Of a stretch of DNA of 64,000 nucleotides, positions 1 through 14,391 are shown in pieces (positions within the stretch are counted from its first letter, which is position 1; every line of letters starts with the position of its first letter). Location of the stretch: assembly GCA_046331705.1 (NCBI GenBank), contig JAXLQJ010000003.1:214897-278896 (forward strand), given 5' to 3'. The translations under genes and the position numbers were made by a program. This DNA is from a bacterium (GTDB lineage: Bacteria > JADJOY01). The notes beneath the pieces are model-generated. The model ran no database searches, had not been told where the DNA came from, and saw only the letters and a list, made by a program, of their open reading frames with translations.

Positions 1-843
1 GGTCCGCAGGTGATCGATGCCATGGCGAAGCAACGCCGAGCAGACCATCGTCACGTCGGCGCCGACCATCAGCATCTTCAGCACGTCGTCGGCGCCGTGG
101 ATGCCGCTGGTCGCCGCCAAGTCGGCCTTCACCCGTCCCCGCAGGATCGCGATCCAGCGCAGCGGTAGGCGCAACGCCTGCGGCGTCGAGAGCAGCACGT
201 TCGGCTTGACCTCGAGGTGCTCGAGATCGATGTCCGGCTGATAGAAGCGATTGAAGAGCGTGAGCCCGTCCGCGCCGGCCGCGACGAGCCGCCTCGCCAC
301 GTGCGCCAGGCTCGTGAAATACGGGCTCAGCTTGACCGCGAGCGGGATGCGGATCTCGGCGCGCACCGCACGCACGACCTCGAGCAGGTCGTCCTCGATC
401 TCGGCGGCGCTGCGCTCGGGATCGGTGGGGATCGTGTAGAGGTTGAGCTCGACGGCATCCGCGCCCGCCTCCTGCATGAGCCGCGCGTATTGCGTCCACG
501 CGCCGGGGTGGCTGCCGTTGAGGCTCGCGATCACCGGGATGCGCACCGCGTCCTTCACCGCGCGGATGTGCTCCAGGTAGGCCTCGGGGCCGATCGCGAA
601 GTGCAGCGGTTCGGGGAAGAAGCTCTGCGCCTCGGCGAACGAGTCGGTGCCGAAGGTCAGGTGGTGGTGCAGCTCCAGCCGATCACGGCGGATCTGCTCC
701 TCGAACAGCGAGCGCAGCACCAGCGCGCCGGCGCCCGCATCCTCCATGCGACGAACGTTGTCGATCTCGTCGGCGAGCGGCGAGGCCGAGGGAACGAGCG
801 GGCTCGCGAGCGTGTGGCCCAAGTAACGCGTGGTCAGATCCAT
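1..843 (-). CDS. Dihydroorotate dehydrogenase-like (PyrD/PreA family) protein, partial (C-terminus beyond window start)
   Basis: Minus-strand reading frame from ATG at 843..841 (MDLTTRYLGHTLASPLVPSASPLAD...) runs off the window start. Translation has the TIM-barrel DHOD-like profile (e.g. ...GADAVELNLYTIPTD... GADGLTLFNR...). It lies 17 nt downstream of the PFOR stop, so is probably co-transcribed. Confidence 0.7.
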   Translation of the reverse strand, partial: MDLTTRYLGHTLASPLVPSASPLADEIDNVRRMEDAGAGALVLRSLFEEQIRRDRLELHHHLTFGTDSFAEAQSFFPEPLHFAIGPEAYLEHIRAVKDAVRIPVIASLNGSHPGAWTQYARLMQEAGADAVELNLYTIPTDPERSAAEIEDDLLEVVRAVRAEIRIPLAVKLSPYFTSLAHVARRLVAAGADGLTLFNRFYQPDIDLEHLEVKPNVLLSTPQALRLPLRWIAILRGRVKADLAATSGIHGADDVLKMLMVGADVTMVCSALLRHGIDHLRT

Positions 844-859
844 CCGAACGCCCTCCCCT

Positions 860-4453
<3,594 letters not shown>

Positions 4454-4679
4454 GAGCGCTCTCCGAAGATCGACGACGCGACACGAGTGTGCGCGCGTTC
4501 AAACGCGTATCCCGGTGCGCTGTGCAACCAGCGCGCCATCAGCGCCGGCGCGTCACTTTCGCCCGATTCCGCGCGACTCCCTGACGACGCATCCCGAGGA
4601 ACGTCACGGTTGCGTAGCGCGACACGGAACACCCACGCGATGCGGACCCGAGCAGTCCGGTTTCCGGGAACGCGAGCGC

Positions 4680-6221
4680 TCAATCCAGCAGCGATTCGAC
4701 GACGCAGAGCGTCAGGTCCTCCGGTGCCAGACGCGCATCCAAGGCGACCACCGGCGCGGGCTCCGGCGCGTCGGGCGCTTCGAAGCGCGCCGCGGCCCGC
4801 CGGAAGACCGCGACGCCGGCATCGGAGACCGCGGTGGCGTCGCGCTCGCGTTCACGCAAGCGCGCCTCGACCAGCTCGCTCGGCGCGCGCAGGTAGAGCA
4901 CGCGCGCGAACACACCCGCGTCCTCGGCGAGCTTCAGGAACCGCGCGCGCCACGCCGCCACGGGGAACGTCGCATCCAGGATCACCGAGCGCCCTGCGCG
5001 CAGCTGCGCCGCTGCTTGCGCGTGCATCGCGTCGTAGGTCCGGGTCGTCCATTCGGCCGCGTACGGGCCGGAGTCGACGTCGCCGCGCCAATGCTCGGTC
5101 GGCGCCAGACCGAAGAGCCGCTTGCGCAGCAGATCGCTCGACAGCATCACGGCACCGAGGGCGCGCTCGACGGCGTGCGCGACCGTCGACTTGCCGGTGC
5201 CTGGTAGGCCGCACAGGACCAACAGCACGGGCGGAACCAGGTAGCCGGCGGCGAGCGCGAGATAGCGCTCGCTCTCGGCGCGCGCCGCTTCCCGACTGGC
5301 GTCGGGTGCGCTGGCCATCCGCATCGCGGCGACCTTCGCGCGCACCAGCGCCCGGTGCACCTTGTAGAGCGGAAGCACCCGGCCGAACGTGTCGTCGCGG
5401 CTCGCCACGGCGTAGCGATGGGCCAGATAGGAGCCGAACGCGCGGAATCCGCGTGCGTCGAGATCCATCGCCAGGAAGGCGAGATCGGCGGCCACGTCGC
5501 CACAGCGAAACGCCGGCTCGAACTCGATGCAGTCGTAGGCCACCACCCGATCGCGCAGGAAGCACACGTTGCCGGCGTGCAGGTCGCCGTGGCCATCACG
5601 GACGCGTCCTTCGCGGACGCGCTCTGCGAGCAGCGCCGTCGACTCGTCGAGGAGCGCGCCGACCCGCCGCGTGAGCGCCGCATGAAGACGCGGGGCCAGC
5701 TCCACCGGGCATTCGGCGAGGTTGCCGAGCAGCAGCCTCCGCACCGCCTCGGGCGAGCCGTGCACGTCGACGCCAGGACCGGTGGCCGCCGCAGCGTGAA
5801 ATCGCACCAGCAGCTCGACCAGCCGATCGAGGGGTTCGTTCGAGATCTCGCCTGCGTCGAGCAGGCGATCCATCATGCGCTCGTCCGGCAAGCGCTCCAT
5901 CTCGACGGCGTGATCCACCGTGCGTCCCGCGCCGTCGATGCGCAAGCGTCCCGACGGCGTGCGGACGAGCGCCGCCACGCGCCGGTAGATGCCGGGCGCC
6001 AGGCGGGCGTTGAGCCTCACCTCCTCGGCGCAGAAGAAGCGCCGTCGCTCGGCCGTGGAGTAGTCGAGGAACGAGAAGCGGACGGGCTTCTTGACCTTGT
6101 AGACGCGCGAACCGGCGAGGAACACCCACGAGATGTGGGTCTCGCGCAGCTCCACGCGCTCGACGGCATAGGGATACGCGTCGGCGGTGGTGAGCGCGCC
6201 CGGCAGCTCGGCCAAGGGCAT
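4680..6221 (-). CDS. Bifunctional aminoglycoside-phosphotransferase-like / P-loop (AAA_33-like) kinase protein
   Basis: The ORF is listed from 6707, but its N-terminal ~160 aa overlap the usp gene and are low complexity. The start was set at MPLAELPG (ATG at 6221). The N-terminal half carries the APH/choline-kinase catalytic motif HGDLHAGNV. The C-terminal half carries a Walker A motif (GLPGTGKST). Confidence 0.8.
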   Translation of the reverse strand: MPLAELPGALTTADAYPYAVERVELRETHISWVFLAGSRVYKVKKPVRFSFLDYSTAERRRFFCAEEVRLNARLAPGIYRRVAALVRTPSGRLRIDGAGRTVDHAVEMERLPDERMMDRLLDAGEISNEPLDRLVELLVRFHAAAATGPGVDVHGSPEAVRRLLLGNLAECPVELAPRLHAALTRRVGALLDESTALLAERVREGRVRDGHGDLHAGNVCFLRDRVVAYDCIEFEPAFRCGDVAADLAFLAMDLDARGFRAFGSYLAHRYAVASRDDTFGRVLPLYKVHRALVRAKVAAMRMASAPDASREAARAESERYLALAAGYLVPPVLLVLCGLPGTGKSTVAHAVERALGAVMLSSDLLRKRLFGLAPTEHWRGDVDSGPYAAEWTTRTYDAMHAQAAAQLRAGRSVILDATFPVAAWRARFLKLAEDAGVFARVLYLRAPSELVEARLRERERDATAVSDAGVAVFRRAAARFEAPDAPEPAPVVALDARLAPEDLTLCVVESLLD

Positions 6222-6298
6222 GGCGGCACTCGCAGGCGCGGCGCCTCGCTCGGCGAGGGCGCCGCCTGACGGCAGTCGCGCCGAGGGCGCGCGCCGCT

Positions 6299-6757
6299 TC
6301 ACTTCTCGGGGGGCGGACGAACCGTCAGCACTGGACAGGGGCAGCGACGGACGACCTTCTCCGCGACGCTGCCGATCAGGATGTGCGAGACGCCACCGCG
6401 ACCGTGCGTGCCCATCACCACGAGATCGTAGCCGCCCGATTTCGCGAACCCGGCGATCTCGAGATCGGGCGGGCCGGTCAACACGCGCCAATCGGTGGGG
6501 ATCGACTTCGGGATCTTCTCGCCGACGTACTTCTCGAGGTGCGCCTGCGTCTCCTTCACGATCGCCTTCTCGACCTCCAGGCGATCGTAGACCCACGCTT
6601 CGTAGGGGCCGAACTGCTCCGGTACGTGGACCACGTGGATGGCGGTGATCGAGGCGCTCATCTGGTTCGCGAGCGCCACCAACACGTCGAGCGCCGCGTC
6701 CGAGCAACTACTGAAATCCGTCGGGAAGAGGATCTTGCGAATCTGGAAGGTGGTCAT
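6299..6757 (-). CDS. Universal stress protein (UspA family)
   Basis: MTTFQIRKILFPTDFS...GTHGRGGVSHILIGSVAEKVVRRCPCPVLTV. Canonical Usp ATP-binding motif G-x2-G-x9-G(S/T). Start trimmed to MTTF. Confidence 0.9.
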   Translation of the reverse strand: MTTFQIRKILFPTDFSSCSDAALDVLVALANQMSASITAIHVVHVPEQFGPYEAWVYDRLEVEKAIVKETQAHLEKYVGEKIPKSIPTDWRVLTGPPDLEIAGFAKSGGYDLVVMGTHGRGGVSHILIGSVAEKVVRRCPCPVLTVRPPPEK

Positions 6758-7062
6758 CGTGGGCTCCACGCCATGAGAGGCGGTTGAGGCGGCTCGGGGA
6801 ACGCTTGGTAACCCCAATTATCGTGCCACCTGCTGAGTGAGCGAAGCGTCGCACGAAAGCCAGCGCGTACATGCAAGGTTTTTCCGCCGCGCGTGTACGG
6901 GGCAACGGACCCGGCAGTCACGTGATGGTAACCACCCCACTCGAAGAGTTACACGACATCCACGCGAAATCAGAGCGAATCGTACAGGTGGTGCATGGCC
7001 GCCGCTATCTCCCCATGCTATGGGTAGAGTCCTCACCACCACACCCTCTTCCCGGTCGCTCC

Positions 7063-8622
7063 ATGTCGAACTCTCGCTCCCCCTGGCTTCACGAGCTCTT
7101 CGAGCTTCCCGCCGAGATCATCGATCGCTTCTGCCAGATCGTGTTCGACAACGCGCGGCTCTTCGCTGTGGCGGTGAATCCAGCGGGGCGGATTCTGTAC
7201 GTGAATCGGCACCTGGCGTTGACCCTCGGACGCACGCCCGAGTCGCTCGTGGGCGCGCCGGTCGACGAGTTCATCCCCACCGAGGCGCGCGCCGAGATTC
7301 GCGACGTTCTCGAGCGCCTGCTGGCGGCCGGCGAGCCGCGCCATGCCACCAGCCCGATCCAGCGCTCGGACGGCGAGGTGCGGATGGTCGAATGGGACAA
7401 CGCCGTGCTGCGCGGCGGCGACGACCAGCCGCTCTACGTCCTCTCCTTCGGCAACGACGTCACCGAGCGCGAGCAAGCGAATCTCGAGCTCAGCGGCAGC
7501 CTGAATCGCTACCACAACATCCTCGACCATGCGGTCGACCCCATCGTCACCATCGACCAGCAAGGGCTGATCCAGAGCTTCAACCGGGCGGCCGAGCGGG
7601 CCTTCGGCTGGCAGGCGAGCGAGCTGCTCGGGAAGAACGTGTCGCTGTTGATGGATAGCCCGGACGCGGAGCGACACGACGGGTACATCCAGCGCTACGT
7701 GGAGGGCGCACCCGCCCGGATCATCGGCATCGGCCGTGAGGTGATGGGACGCCGCAAGGACGGCACGCTCTTCCCGCTCCATCTCGGGGTGAGCGAGACC
7801 CGCGAGCTCAACGGCGCGCGGCTCTTCACCGGCATCTGCCAGGACCTGACCGAACGCAAGCGCGTCGAGGAGGCGCTGCGGCGCGCGCACAGCGAGCTTC
7901 AGGAAGCGAACGACCGCGTGCTCGAGGAGCAAGCCAAGCAGTTTCGCGCCGAGAAGCTCTCGTCCATCGGCCTGCTGGCGTCGGGCATGGCTCACGAGAT
8001 CAACAATCCACTGATGGGCATCATCAGCTGCGTCAAGGCGCTGCGCGAAGGCACCGTCAGCGCCGAGCGGCGCGAGGATTACTTCGAGGCCGTGCGGGAC
8101 GGCTTGGAGCGCATCCAGCTCACGGTGCGCAGCGTCCTCGACTACGCGCGCCAGCGGGCACCCGCGCCGGAGAACGTCGCGCCCATCGAGCTGATCGAAG
8201 CGTGCCTCCGGCTGCTCGCGCCAGCGATCCGCAAGAAGGATCTGGCGGTCGACACCCGGGTGCCCGACGTCGACCTGATGCTGCACGCCGATCGCTCGCA
8301 GCTCATGCAAGCGCTCACCAACCTGATCCTGAACGCGATCTACGCGCTTCCGCCTCAGGGGCACATCGCCGTGAGCGCGGAGCGCGTCGGGCAACGCATC
8401 GGCCTCACGGTGACCGACGACGGGCCGGGCATCCCCGCCGAGGTCGTGAAGAAGGTCTGCGACCCCTTCTTCACCACCAAGCCGATCGGTGAGGGCACGG
8501 GGCTCGGCCTGGCCGTGACCCTCGAGATCGCCCGCGCGCACCGCGGAGACCTCGAGATCCACAGCTCACCGGGCCAAGGAACCCGGGTGACCTTGTGGCT
8601 ACCGATGCGCGGCAGGCGCTGA
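7063..8622 (+). CDS. PAS-domain sensor histidine kinase
   Basis: Two PAS-like segments are followed by a HisKA H-box (SIGLLASGMAHEINNPL) and HATPase_c N/G boxes (LILNAIYA, DDGPGIP, GTGLGLA). Start set at MSNSRSPW (ATG 7063); the ORF track begins earlier at 6871. Confidence 0.85.
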   Translation: MSNSRSPWLHELFELPAEIIDRFCQIVFDNARLFAVAVNPAGRILYVNRHLALTLGRTPESLVGAPVDEFIPTEARAEIRDVLERLLAAGEPRHATSPIQRSDGEVRMVEWDNAVLRGGDDQPLYVLSFGNDVTEREQANLELSGSLNRYHNILDHAVDPIVTIDQQGLIQSFNRAAERAFGWQASELLGKNVSLLMDSPDAERHDGYIQRYVEGAPARIIGIGREVMGRRKDGTLFPLHLGVSETRELNGARLFTGICQDLTERKRVEEALRRAHSELQEANDRVLEEQAKQFRAEKLSSIGLLASGMAHEINNPLMGIISCVKALREGTVSAERREDYFEAVRDGLERIQLTVRSVLDYARQRAPAPENVAPIELIEACLRLLAPAIRKKDLAVDTRVPDVDLMLHADRSQLMQALTNLILNAIYALPPQGHIAVSAERVGQRIGLTVTDDGPGIPAEVVKKVCDPFFTTKPIGEGTGLGLAVTLEIARAHRGDLEIHSSPGQGTRVTLWLPMRGRR

Positions 8623-8744
8623 GGCGGTCGCGGACGAACCCGCGAGCGTCCGCGGGAGTCGGGGCGAAATGACTGGCAGGGGCGGCAATCTGCCCCGGGA
8701 CGAACGCACCGCTGCGACGACGTGAAGCGGCCGCGTCGGCCGGC

Positions 8745-8969
8745 TCAAACGTCGTGCTTCCGAGCGAGCTGCGGCGGTTTGGGATGCGGCGACGTGGACG
8801 CGCCGCGGGCCCATCGATACGCCGGACAGACCGACCAGTCGAGCGCCGGCTGGTCACACGGCAGATGATCGCTGACGCCGTCGGTCACCACGCGCCCCAG
8901 CAGCCTGCACCAGGTCCGTCCGTCCGCTTCGCGGACGTTGTACGGGCACGGATCGTGGGGCTCGAACAC
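8745..8969 (-). CDS. Hypothetical small Cys-rich protein (74 aa)
   Basis: ORF with four Cys residues (CPYN...C...C...CPAY). GC3 is moderately high. No recognisable family. Competing ORFs overlap it on the other strand. Confidence 0.3.
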   Translation of the reverse strand: MFEPHDPCPYNVREADGRTWCRLLGRVVTDGVSDHLPCDQPALDWSVCPAYRWARGASTSPHPKPPQLARKHDV

Positions 8970-9404
8970 GCAGGGGCTCTCGGTACCTGTTCAAGAGGGT
9001 ACACCCAGCGCGTCGAGACCTCTACCCTGGCTCGCCGAAGAGCGCCAGGCGGATTCGCGCGCCAGGCGGACACGCTCGCGCTCGAGCGAGGCGAGCACAC
9101 GCAGATGAGGCGCCGAGCTCCGGCGCCGGCGGACGACTCCGAGGCGCTCGACGGCGCTGCTGGAATCGAGTGAAGAGGGATCGACGGTCTGCCGCAGGTC
9201 GTTCATCGCTCGCTCTCGCTTTCCCGTCCGTGAGCTACGGCGTTCGGCCGTCTTGGCCCAGATCACGGTTGCGAGCGACAGGGCTTGCAACCATTGCGCC
9301 GACTGCGATGTGTCGCGAGCGTCAAGTTCCAATCGACGCCACACCGCCGACGGTGCGCGCAGCCGAGCCAAAGCGACGCGCCGTAACACGGGCGAGCGTC
9401 ACCG

Positions 9405-10955
9405 TTACGAGCGCGTGACCGAGTCGGGCTGTGTTCGATCGGACGCGATCCACGCGGCGGGCGGAATTGAACCGGCCCGTTCGAGGTACGCATGAATGGC
9501 CCGCGCCGCGCGCCGCCCCGCGCCCATCGCCGAGATCACCGTGGCCGAGCCCGTGACGATGTCGCCGCCCGCGAAGATGCCGGCGATCGACGTCATCTGG
9601 GTCTCGGGATCCGCCACGATGCAGCCATGGCGATCCGTGGCGAGGCCGGGCACCGACGACGCGATGGTCGGGTTCGGCGCGGTGCCGAGCGCGAGGATGA
9701 CCGTATCGACCTCGAGTGGGTACGCCGAGCCCGGAACGGAGATGGGGCGAGCGCGGCCGGACTCGTCCGGCTCGCCGAGCTCCATGCGCTCGACCTCGAG
9801 CGCCACGACGTGTCCGTCCGCATCACCGATCACGCGCACCGGGTTGGTGAGCCAACGAAGCTCGATCCCCTCTTCCTCGGCATGGCGAACCTCCTCCACG
9901 CGCGCGGTGCTCTCGGCGCGCGTGCGCCGGTAGACGATCGCGACCTGGGCGCCGAGTCGGCGCGCCACGCGTGCGGCGTCCATGGCGGTGTTGCCGCAGC
10001 CGATCACCGCCACCCGGCGACCGAGCCCGAGCGGCGTGTCACCGTGGACCGCGCGCCGCGCGCCCATCAGATTCACGCGCGTGAGGAACTCGTTGGCGCT
10101 CATCACCCCCGCGAGTCCCTCGCCTGGAATGCCGAGAAAGCGCGGCGCGCCTGCGCCCGTACCGACGAAGACGGCCTCGAAGCCTTGCTCGCCGAGCAGC
10201 TGCTCGACGGTGAAGAGCTTGCCGATGACGTGGTCGAGCTCGAGCCGCACACCCCGACGGGTCAGCCCGGCGATCTCCCGCTCGACGAGCCACGAGGGTA
10301 AGCGAAAACCCGGGATGCCGTAGCGCAGCACGCCGCCCGGCATGTGCAGCGCCTCGAAGATCGTGACGTCGTGACCGAGGCGCGCGAGGTCGCCGGCGCA
10401 CGCGATGCCCGCAGGCCCCGAGCCGACGATCGCCACCCGATGGCGCGGCTCGCCGGCGGTCCTCGCTGGCGGGACGTTCTCCCGAGCCGCCGCGGTGTCC
10501 CAGCCGCGCTCGAGCGCCAGGTCGGCGACGTAACGCTCCAGACAACCGATCGCCACCGGCTCCTTCTTGAGGCCCAGCACGCACTCGGCCTCGCATTGGC
10601 GCTCCTGGGGGCAGACCCGTCCGCACACCGCGGGAAGGCTGTTGGCGTCCTTGAGAATCGCGTAGGCGGACTCGAGGTCGCCCCGGCCGACGGCCGCGAC
10701 GAAGCCCGGGATGTCGACGGCCACCGGGCAGCCCGCGACGCAATGCGGATGCTTGCAGCCGAGGCAGCGATCGGCCTCGCGCGCGGCGTCGTGAGCGTCG
10801 AAGCCGAGATCCACCTCCTCGAAATCGAGCACGCGCTCGGCAGGCGGCCGCACGTGATGCGGCGTCTGCGTCGCAGGCACGTCGCGCACGGTGCGATGGG
10901 GGCGATCGGCGCTCACGGTGGATGTCCTCGCAGACGACACCCGCGTTCGCTGCAT
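9405..10955 (-). CDS. GltD/SudA-like NAD(P)H-dependent FAD oxidoreductase (glutamate synthase small-subunit family) with N-terminal Fe-S domain
   Basis: [21 protein letters not shown] and [15 protein letters not shown] Fe-S motifs, then two Rossmann GxGxxG motifs ([28 protein letters not shown]). The listed ORF (to 11474) has a non-homologous N-terminal extension. Start placed at internal Met (10955); a GTG near 10920 is an alternative. Confidence 0.8.
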   Translation of the reverse strand: MQRTRVSSARTSTVSADRPHRTVRDVPATQTPHHVRPPAERVLDFEEVDLGFDAHDAAREADRCLGCKHPHCVAGCPVAVDIPGFVAAVGRGDLESAYAILKDANSLPAVCGRVCPQERQCEAECVLGLKKEPVAIGCLERYVADLALERGWDTAAARENVPPARTAGEPRHRVAIVGSGPAGIACAGDLARLGHDVTIFEALHMPGGVLRYGIPGFRLPSWLVEREIAGLTRRGVRLELDHVIGKLFTVEQLLGEQGFEAVFVGTGAGAPRFLGIPGEGLAGVMSANEFLTRVNLMGARRAVHGDTPLGLGRRVAVIGCGNTAMDAARVARRLGAQVAIVYRRTRAESTARVEEVRHAEEEGIELRWLTNPVRVIGDADGHVVALEVERMELGEPDESGRARPISVPGSAYPLEVDTVILALGTAPNPTIASSVPGLATDRHGCIVADPETQMTSIAGIFAGGDIVTGSATVISAMGAGRRAARAIHAYLERAGSIPPAAWIASDRTQPDSVTRS

Positions 10956-11205
10956 CGCACGTACCGGGAGGCCGCAGCCGATGGGACTTGGCCAAACGCG
11001 GCCCAGGCACGGCGCACGCACGCGACGAGCCGTTACCGCAGGGTGCCTTCGTGCGCACGGTCCAGCACACGGGAGCCCGCGCGAATCGCGTGACTCGAGC
11101 GAGATCACGATGGAATCCCACCCGCGGCGCCGCGCACACGCGCATGGAATCGGATCTTGCAGCCCAACTCCGCTCCGGATCTCGGCCTCGAACGGATCTT
11201 CGACC

Positions 11206-12669
11206 ATGCCACTCGACGTGCTCATCCTCGGCGGCGGCGTCACCGGATGCGCCATCGCGCACGCGCTCAGCCGCTTCGAGGTCTCGGTCGGCCTGCTGGA
11301 GCGCGAATGCGAGGTGGGCTTCGGCACCAGCAAAGCGAACAGCGGCATCATCCACGGCGGCCACCACGCGGCGCCGTCGACGCTCAAAGGGCGGCTCGAG
11401 TGGCTCGGCAACCAGATGTGGGGGCCGCTCGCCGACGAGCTGGGATTCGGGTTCCGGCGCATCGGCGAGGTCACCGTCGCGCTCCACGAGGACGAGCGGC
11501 CCGTGCTCGAGCGTCTCCTCGCTCAAGGCCTCGCCAAGGGAGTACCGGGGCTCGCGATCTGGGATCGCGACCGCTTGCGGCGCGAGGAGCCGAACCTGAG
11601 CCGCGACGCCGTGGCCGCGCTCGTGGCGCCCACGACGGGCGTGGTGAACCCGTACGAAGCCTGCTTCGCGCTGGTCGAGAACGCGAGCCACAACGGTGTG
11701 GTGATCCACACGGACTCGCCCGTGACCGCGATTGACGGAGCCGACGGCGACTGGCGGGTCCACACCCCGCGCGCGACGCTGCGCGCGCGCTTCGTGATCA
11801 ACGCCGCGGGGCTCTTCGCCGACCGGGTCGCCGAGATGGCGGGAGTGCGCGACTTCACGATCCGCGCTCGCAAGGGCGAGGAATACCTCCTCGATCGGCG
11901 CCTGGTCGGCATCGTCGCGCACATCGTCTTCCCGTGCCCGACGCCGGTGTCGAAGGGAATCCTGGTGATCCCCACCTACGACGGCACCGTGATGGTCGGC
12001 CCCACCGCGCTCGACACCGAGGACCGCGAGGATCTCACCACCACGGCGGAAGGCGCCGAGCAGGTGTTCCGCTCGGTGCGGCGCCTGGTGCCCGGGATCA
12101 GCGAGCGGGATTGCATCGCCGAGTTCGCCGGCCTGCGGGCCGGCATCGAGGGCGAGGATTTCCGCATCGAGCCGAGCGCCCGCAAGGGCTTCATCCAGGT
12201 GGTCGGCATCCAATCGCCCGGGCTCACCGCCGCGCCCGCGATCGCCGAGCGCGTGCTCGAGATCCTGCGCGGCGAGGGCCTCGCGCTCGTCCCCAAGCGC
12301 GACTACGAGCGCTCCATCGAGCGCCCCATCCACTTCGCGGCGCTCGCCACCGAGGAGCAGGCGGCGCTCGCCGAACGCGATCGGGGCTTCGCGCGCATCG
12401 CGTGTCGGTGCGAGTCGATCACCGAGGCGGAGGTCGTGGAAGCGATCGCACGCGGCGCGCGCACCCTCGACGGAGTGAAGTTCCGGACCCGCGCCGGCAT
12501 GGGACGCTGCCAGGGCGGCTTCTGCACCACGCGGGTGATGGAGCTGCTGGCGCGCGAGCTCGGCGTGCCGCTGACGGCGCTCACCAAGCGCGGCGGCGAA
12601 TCCTGGCTGGTGTGCGAGCGCGACGCAGGCGGCGCTGAAGCGACGCCGCGCGGAGACGCAACGTGCTGA
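11206..12669 (+). CDS. FAD-dependent oxidoreductase, GlpA-like, with C-terminal BFD-like [2Fe-2S] domain
   Basis: Starts [19 protein letters not shown] (FAD GxGxxG). C-terminal motif [11 protein letters not shown]...[12 protein letters not shown] is a BFD-like 2Fe-2S domain. The listed ORF begins at 10891, but that N-terminal part is antisense to the gltD-like gene and low complexity. Confidence 0.85.
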   Translation: MPLDVLILGGGVTGCAIAHALSRFEVSVGLLERECEVGFGTSKANSGIIHGGHHAAPSTLKGRLEWLGNQMWGPLADELGFGFRRIGEVTVALHEDERPVLERLLAQGLAKGVPGLAIWDRDRLRREEPNLSRDAVAALVAPTTGVVNPYEACFALVENASHNGVVIHTDSPVTAIDGADGDWRVHTPRATLRARFVINAAGLFADRVAEMAGVRDFTIRARKGEEYLLDRRLVGIVAHIVFPCPTPVSKGILVIPTYDGTVMVGPTALDTEDREDLTTTAEGAEQVFRSVRRLVPGISERDCIAEFAGLRAGIEGEDFRIEPSARKGFIQVVGIQSPGLTAAPAIAERVLEILRGEGLALVPKRDYERSIERPIHFAALATEEQAALAERDRGFARIACRCESITEAEVVEAIARGARTLDGVKFRTRAGMGRCQGGFCTTRVMELLARELGVPLTALTKRGGESWLVCERDAGGAEATPRGDATC

Positions 12670-13976
12670 CCCAGCCCACCGCGCGTCCGCGCACCGCGTA
12701 CGACGTGGTGGTGATCGGCGCGGGACCAGCGGGGCTCGCCGCCGCGCTGGGCGCGAGCGAGGCCGGCGCCGAGCGCGTGCTGGTGGTCGATCGGGAGCGT
12801 GAGCCGGGCGGGATCCTCAACCAGTGCATCCACAACGGCTTCGGGCTGCACCGGTTCGGCGAAGAGCTCACGGGGCCCGAGTACGCGCAGCGATTTCTCG
12901 GGCTGGTTCGCGAGCGGCGCGTCGAGCTGCTGGTCGACACCCACGTGCTCGACGTCGACGACGCCTGCGGCGTCAAGATCATGAGCGCCGCGACCGGAGT
13001 GCGCACCATCGGCGCGAAAGCCGCCGTCTTGGCGATGGGGGCGCGCGAGCGCACCCGAGGCGCCATCCGCATCGCCGGCACGCGACCGGCCGGCGTGCTC
13101 ACCGCGGGCCTCGCGCAGAAGCTGGTGAATCAGCTCGGCGTGCTGCCCGGCAGGCGGGTGGTGATCCTGGGCTCGGGCGACGTCGGGCTCATCATGGCGC
13201 GCAGGCTGGTGCTGGAAGGAGTCGCGGTGCTGGGCGTCTTCGAGATCCAGCCCCACCCCACCGGCCTCACCCGCAACGTCGTGCAATGCCTTCACGACTT
13301 CGCGATCCCGCTGCACCTCTCGACCACGGTGGTTCGCGTGAGCGGTCGCGACCGCGTCGAGCGCGTCACCGTGGCGCCCGTCGATGCCGAGCTGCGGCCG
13401 GATCTCGACCACGCGTGGGAGATCGCGTGCGACACGCTGCTGGTCTCGGTCGGGCTCATTCCCGAGAACGAGCTCTCCCGCGCGCTCGGCGTGGCGCTCG
13501 ATCCGCTCACCGGTGGGCCGGTGGTCTCGAGCACCCTCGAGACCACCAAGCGCGGCGTCTTCGCGTGCGGCAACGTGGTGCACATCCACGACCTCGTGGA
13601 CTTCGTGAGCGAGGAAGCGGAGGTCGCCGGCCGCGCCGCAGCCGCGCACGCGAACGGCTCCCGTCCGCCGCCCGACAACATCCGGGTGTTGCCCGGCGAG
13701 AACGTCGCGTCGTGCGTGCCGCACACGATCTCGTCGGACCGCGAGCACGTGATCTACCTGCGGGTGAAGCGGTCGTTCGAGAAATGCCTCATCCGACTCG
13801 GCACCGTGATGGAACGTAAGCTCCGTTACGCGGTGCCCGCCGAGACGGTGACGCTCAAGGTTCGACCGCAGGTGCTCCACGCGTTCCACGGCGACGCCCT
13901 CAAGATCGACGTCCTGCCGCGCGCCGACTCCGGCGCCGTCGACGCAGCCGACGTCCACGAACGGCACGTGTCGTGA
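12663..13976 (+). CDS. NAD(P)/FAD-dependent (pyridine nucleotide-disulfide family) oxidoreductase
   Basis: GTG start overlaps the stop of the upstream gene. Two dinucleotide-binding motifs ([28 protein letters not shown]). Confidence 0.85.
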   Translation: MLTQPTARPRTAYDVVVIGAGPAGLAAALGASEAGAERVLVVDREREPGGILNQCIHNGFGLHRFGEELTGPEYAQRFLGLVRERRVELLVDTHVLDVDDACGVKIMSAATGVRTIGAKAAVLAMGARERTRGAIRIAGTRPAGVLTAGLAQKLVNQLGVLPGRRVVILGSGDVGLIMARRLVLEGVAVLGVFEIQPHPTGLTRNVVQCLHDFAIPLHLSTTVVRVSGRDRVERVTVAPVDAELRPDLDHAWEIACDTLLVSVGLIPENELSRALGVALDPLTGGPVVSSTLETTKRGVFACGNVVHIHDLVDFVSEEAEVAGRAAAAHANGSRPPPDNIRVLPGENVASCVPHTISSDREHVIYLRVKRSFEKCLIRLGTVMERKLRYAVPAETVTLKVRPQVLHAFHGDALKIDVLPRADSGAVDAADVHERHVS

Positions 13977-14347
13977 CCACGGCGACCACGACCTACCTCT
14001 GCATCGAGTGCCCGCTCGGCTGCCGGCTGGAAGTCGACGACGCCGAAGGCGAGATCGTCGAGGTGCGCGGGTTCTCGTGCAAACGAGGGGCGGAATACGC
14101 GCGCCAGGAGCACGTCGATCCGCGTCGCACCGTGACCACCACGGTCGCGGTGTCGGGAAGCCTGTGGCCGCGCCTGCCCGTCAAGACCGCGCACCCGGTG
14201 CCGAAGTCGCGCGTTCGCGACGTGTGCGCGTGGATGCGCGGAGCACGCGTCGCCGCGCCGGTGGCGCTCGGTCAGATCGTCGCGCGCGACGTGCTGGGCC
14301 TCGGCGTGGACATGGTCGCGACCCGCGACATGCCGAAGCTCGACTGA
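13973..14347 (+). CDS. DUF1667 domain protein
   Basis: GTGA start/stop overlap with the preceding gene. [10 protein letters not shown]...FSCKRG Cys motif typical of DUF1667 proteins that accompany GlpA-like/pyr-redox pairs. Confidence 0.75.
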   Translation: MTTATTTYLCIECPLGCRLEVDDAEGEIVEVRGFSCKRGAEYARQEHVDPRRTVTTTVAVSGSLWPRLPVKTAHPVPKSRVRDVCAWMRGARVAAPVALGQIVARDVLGLGVDMVATRDMPKLD

Positions 14348-14391
14348 GCGCCGCGCCGCCGGCGTCGCGGCGCCGGCGGGTGCGACGGCGT

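Noticed and set aside
4454-4680. Looked for FNR/Rex-type boxes in the nifJ upstream region
   Set aside because: Only weak palindromes were found (GCGCTG-N6-CAGCGC; TTCCGGGAA). None matches TTGAT-N4-ATCAA or Rex consensus well enough to call.
9405-11474. 689-aa extended form of the gltD-like gene, and the 592-aa form of the GlpA-like gene (10891..12669)
   Set aside because: The N-terminal extensions overlap each other on opposite strands and lack homology. The conserved domains begin at internal starts (about 10955 and 11206).
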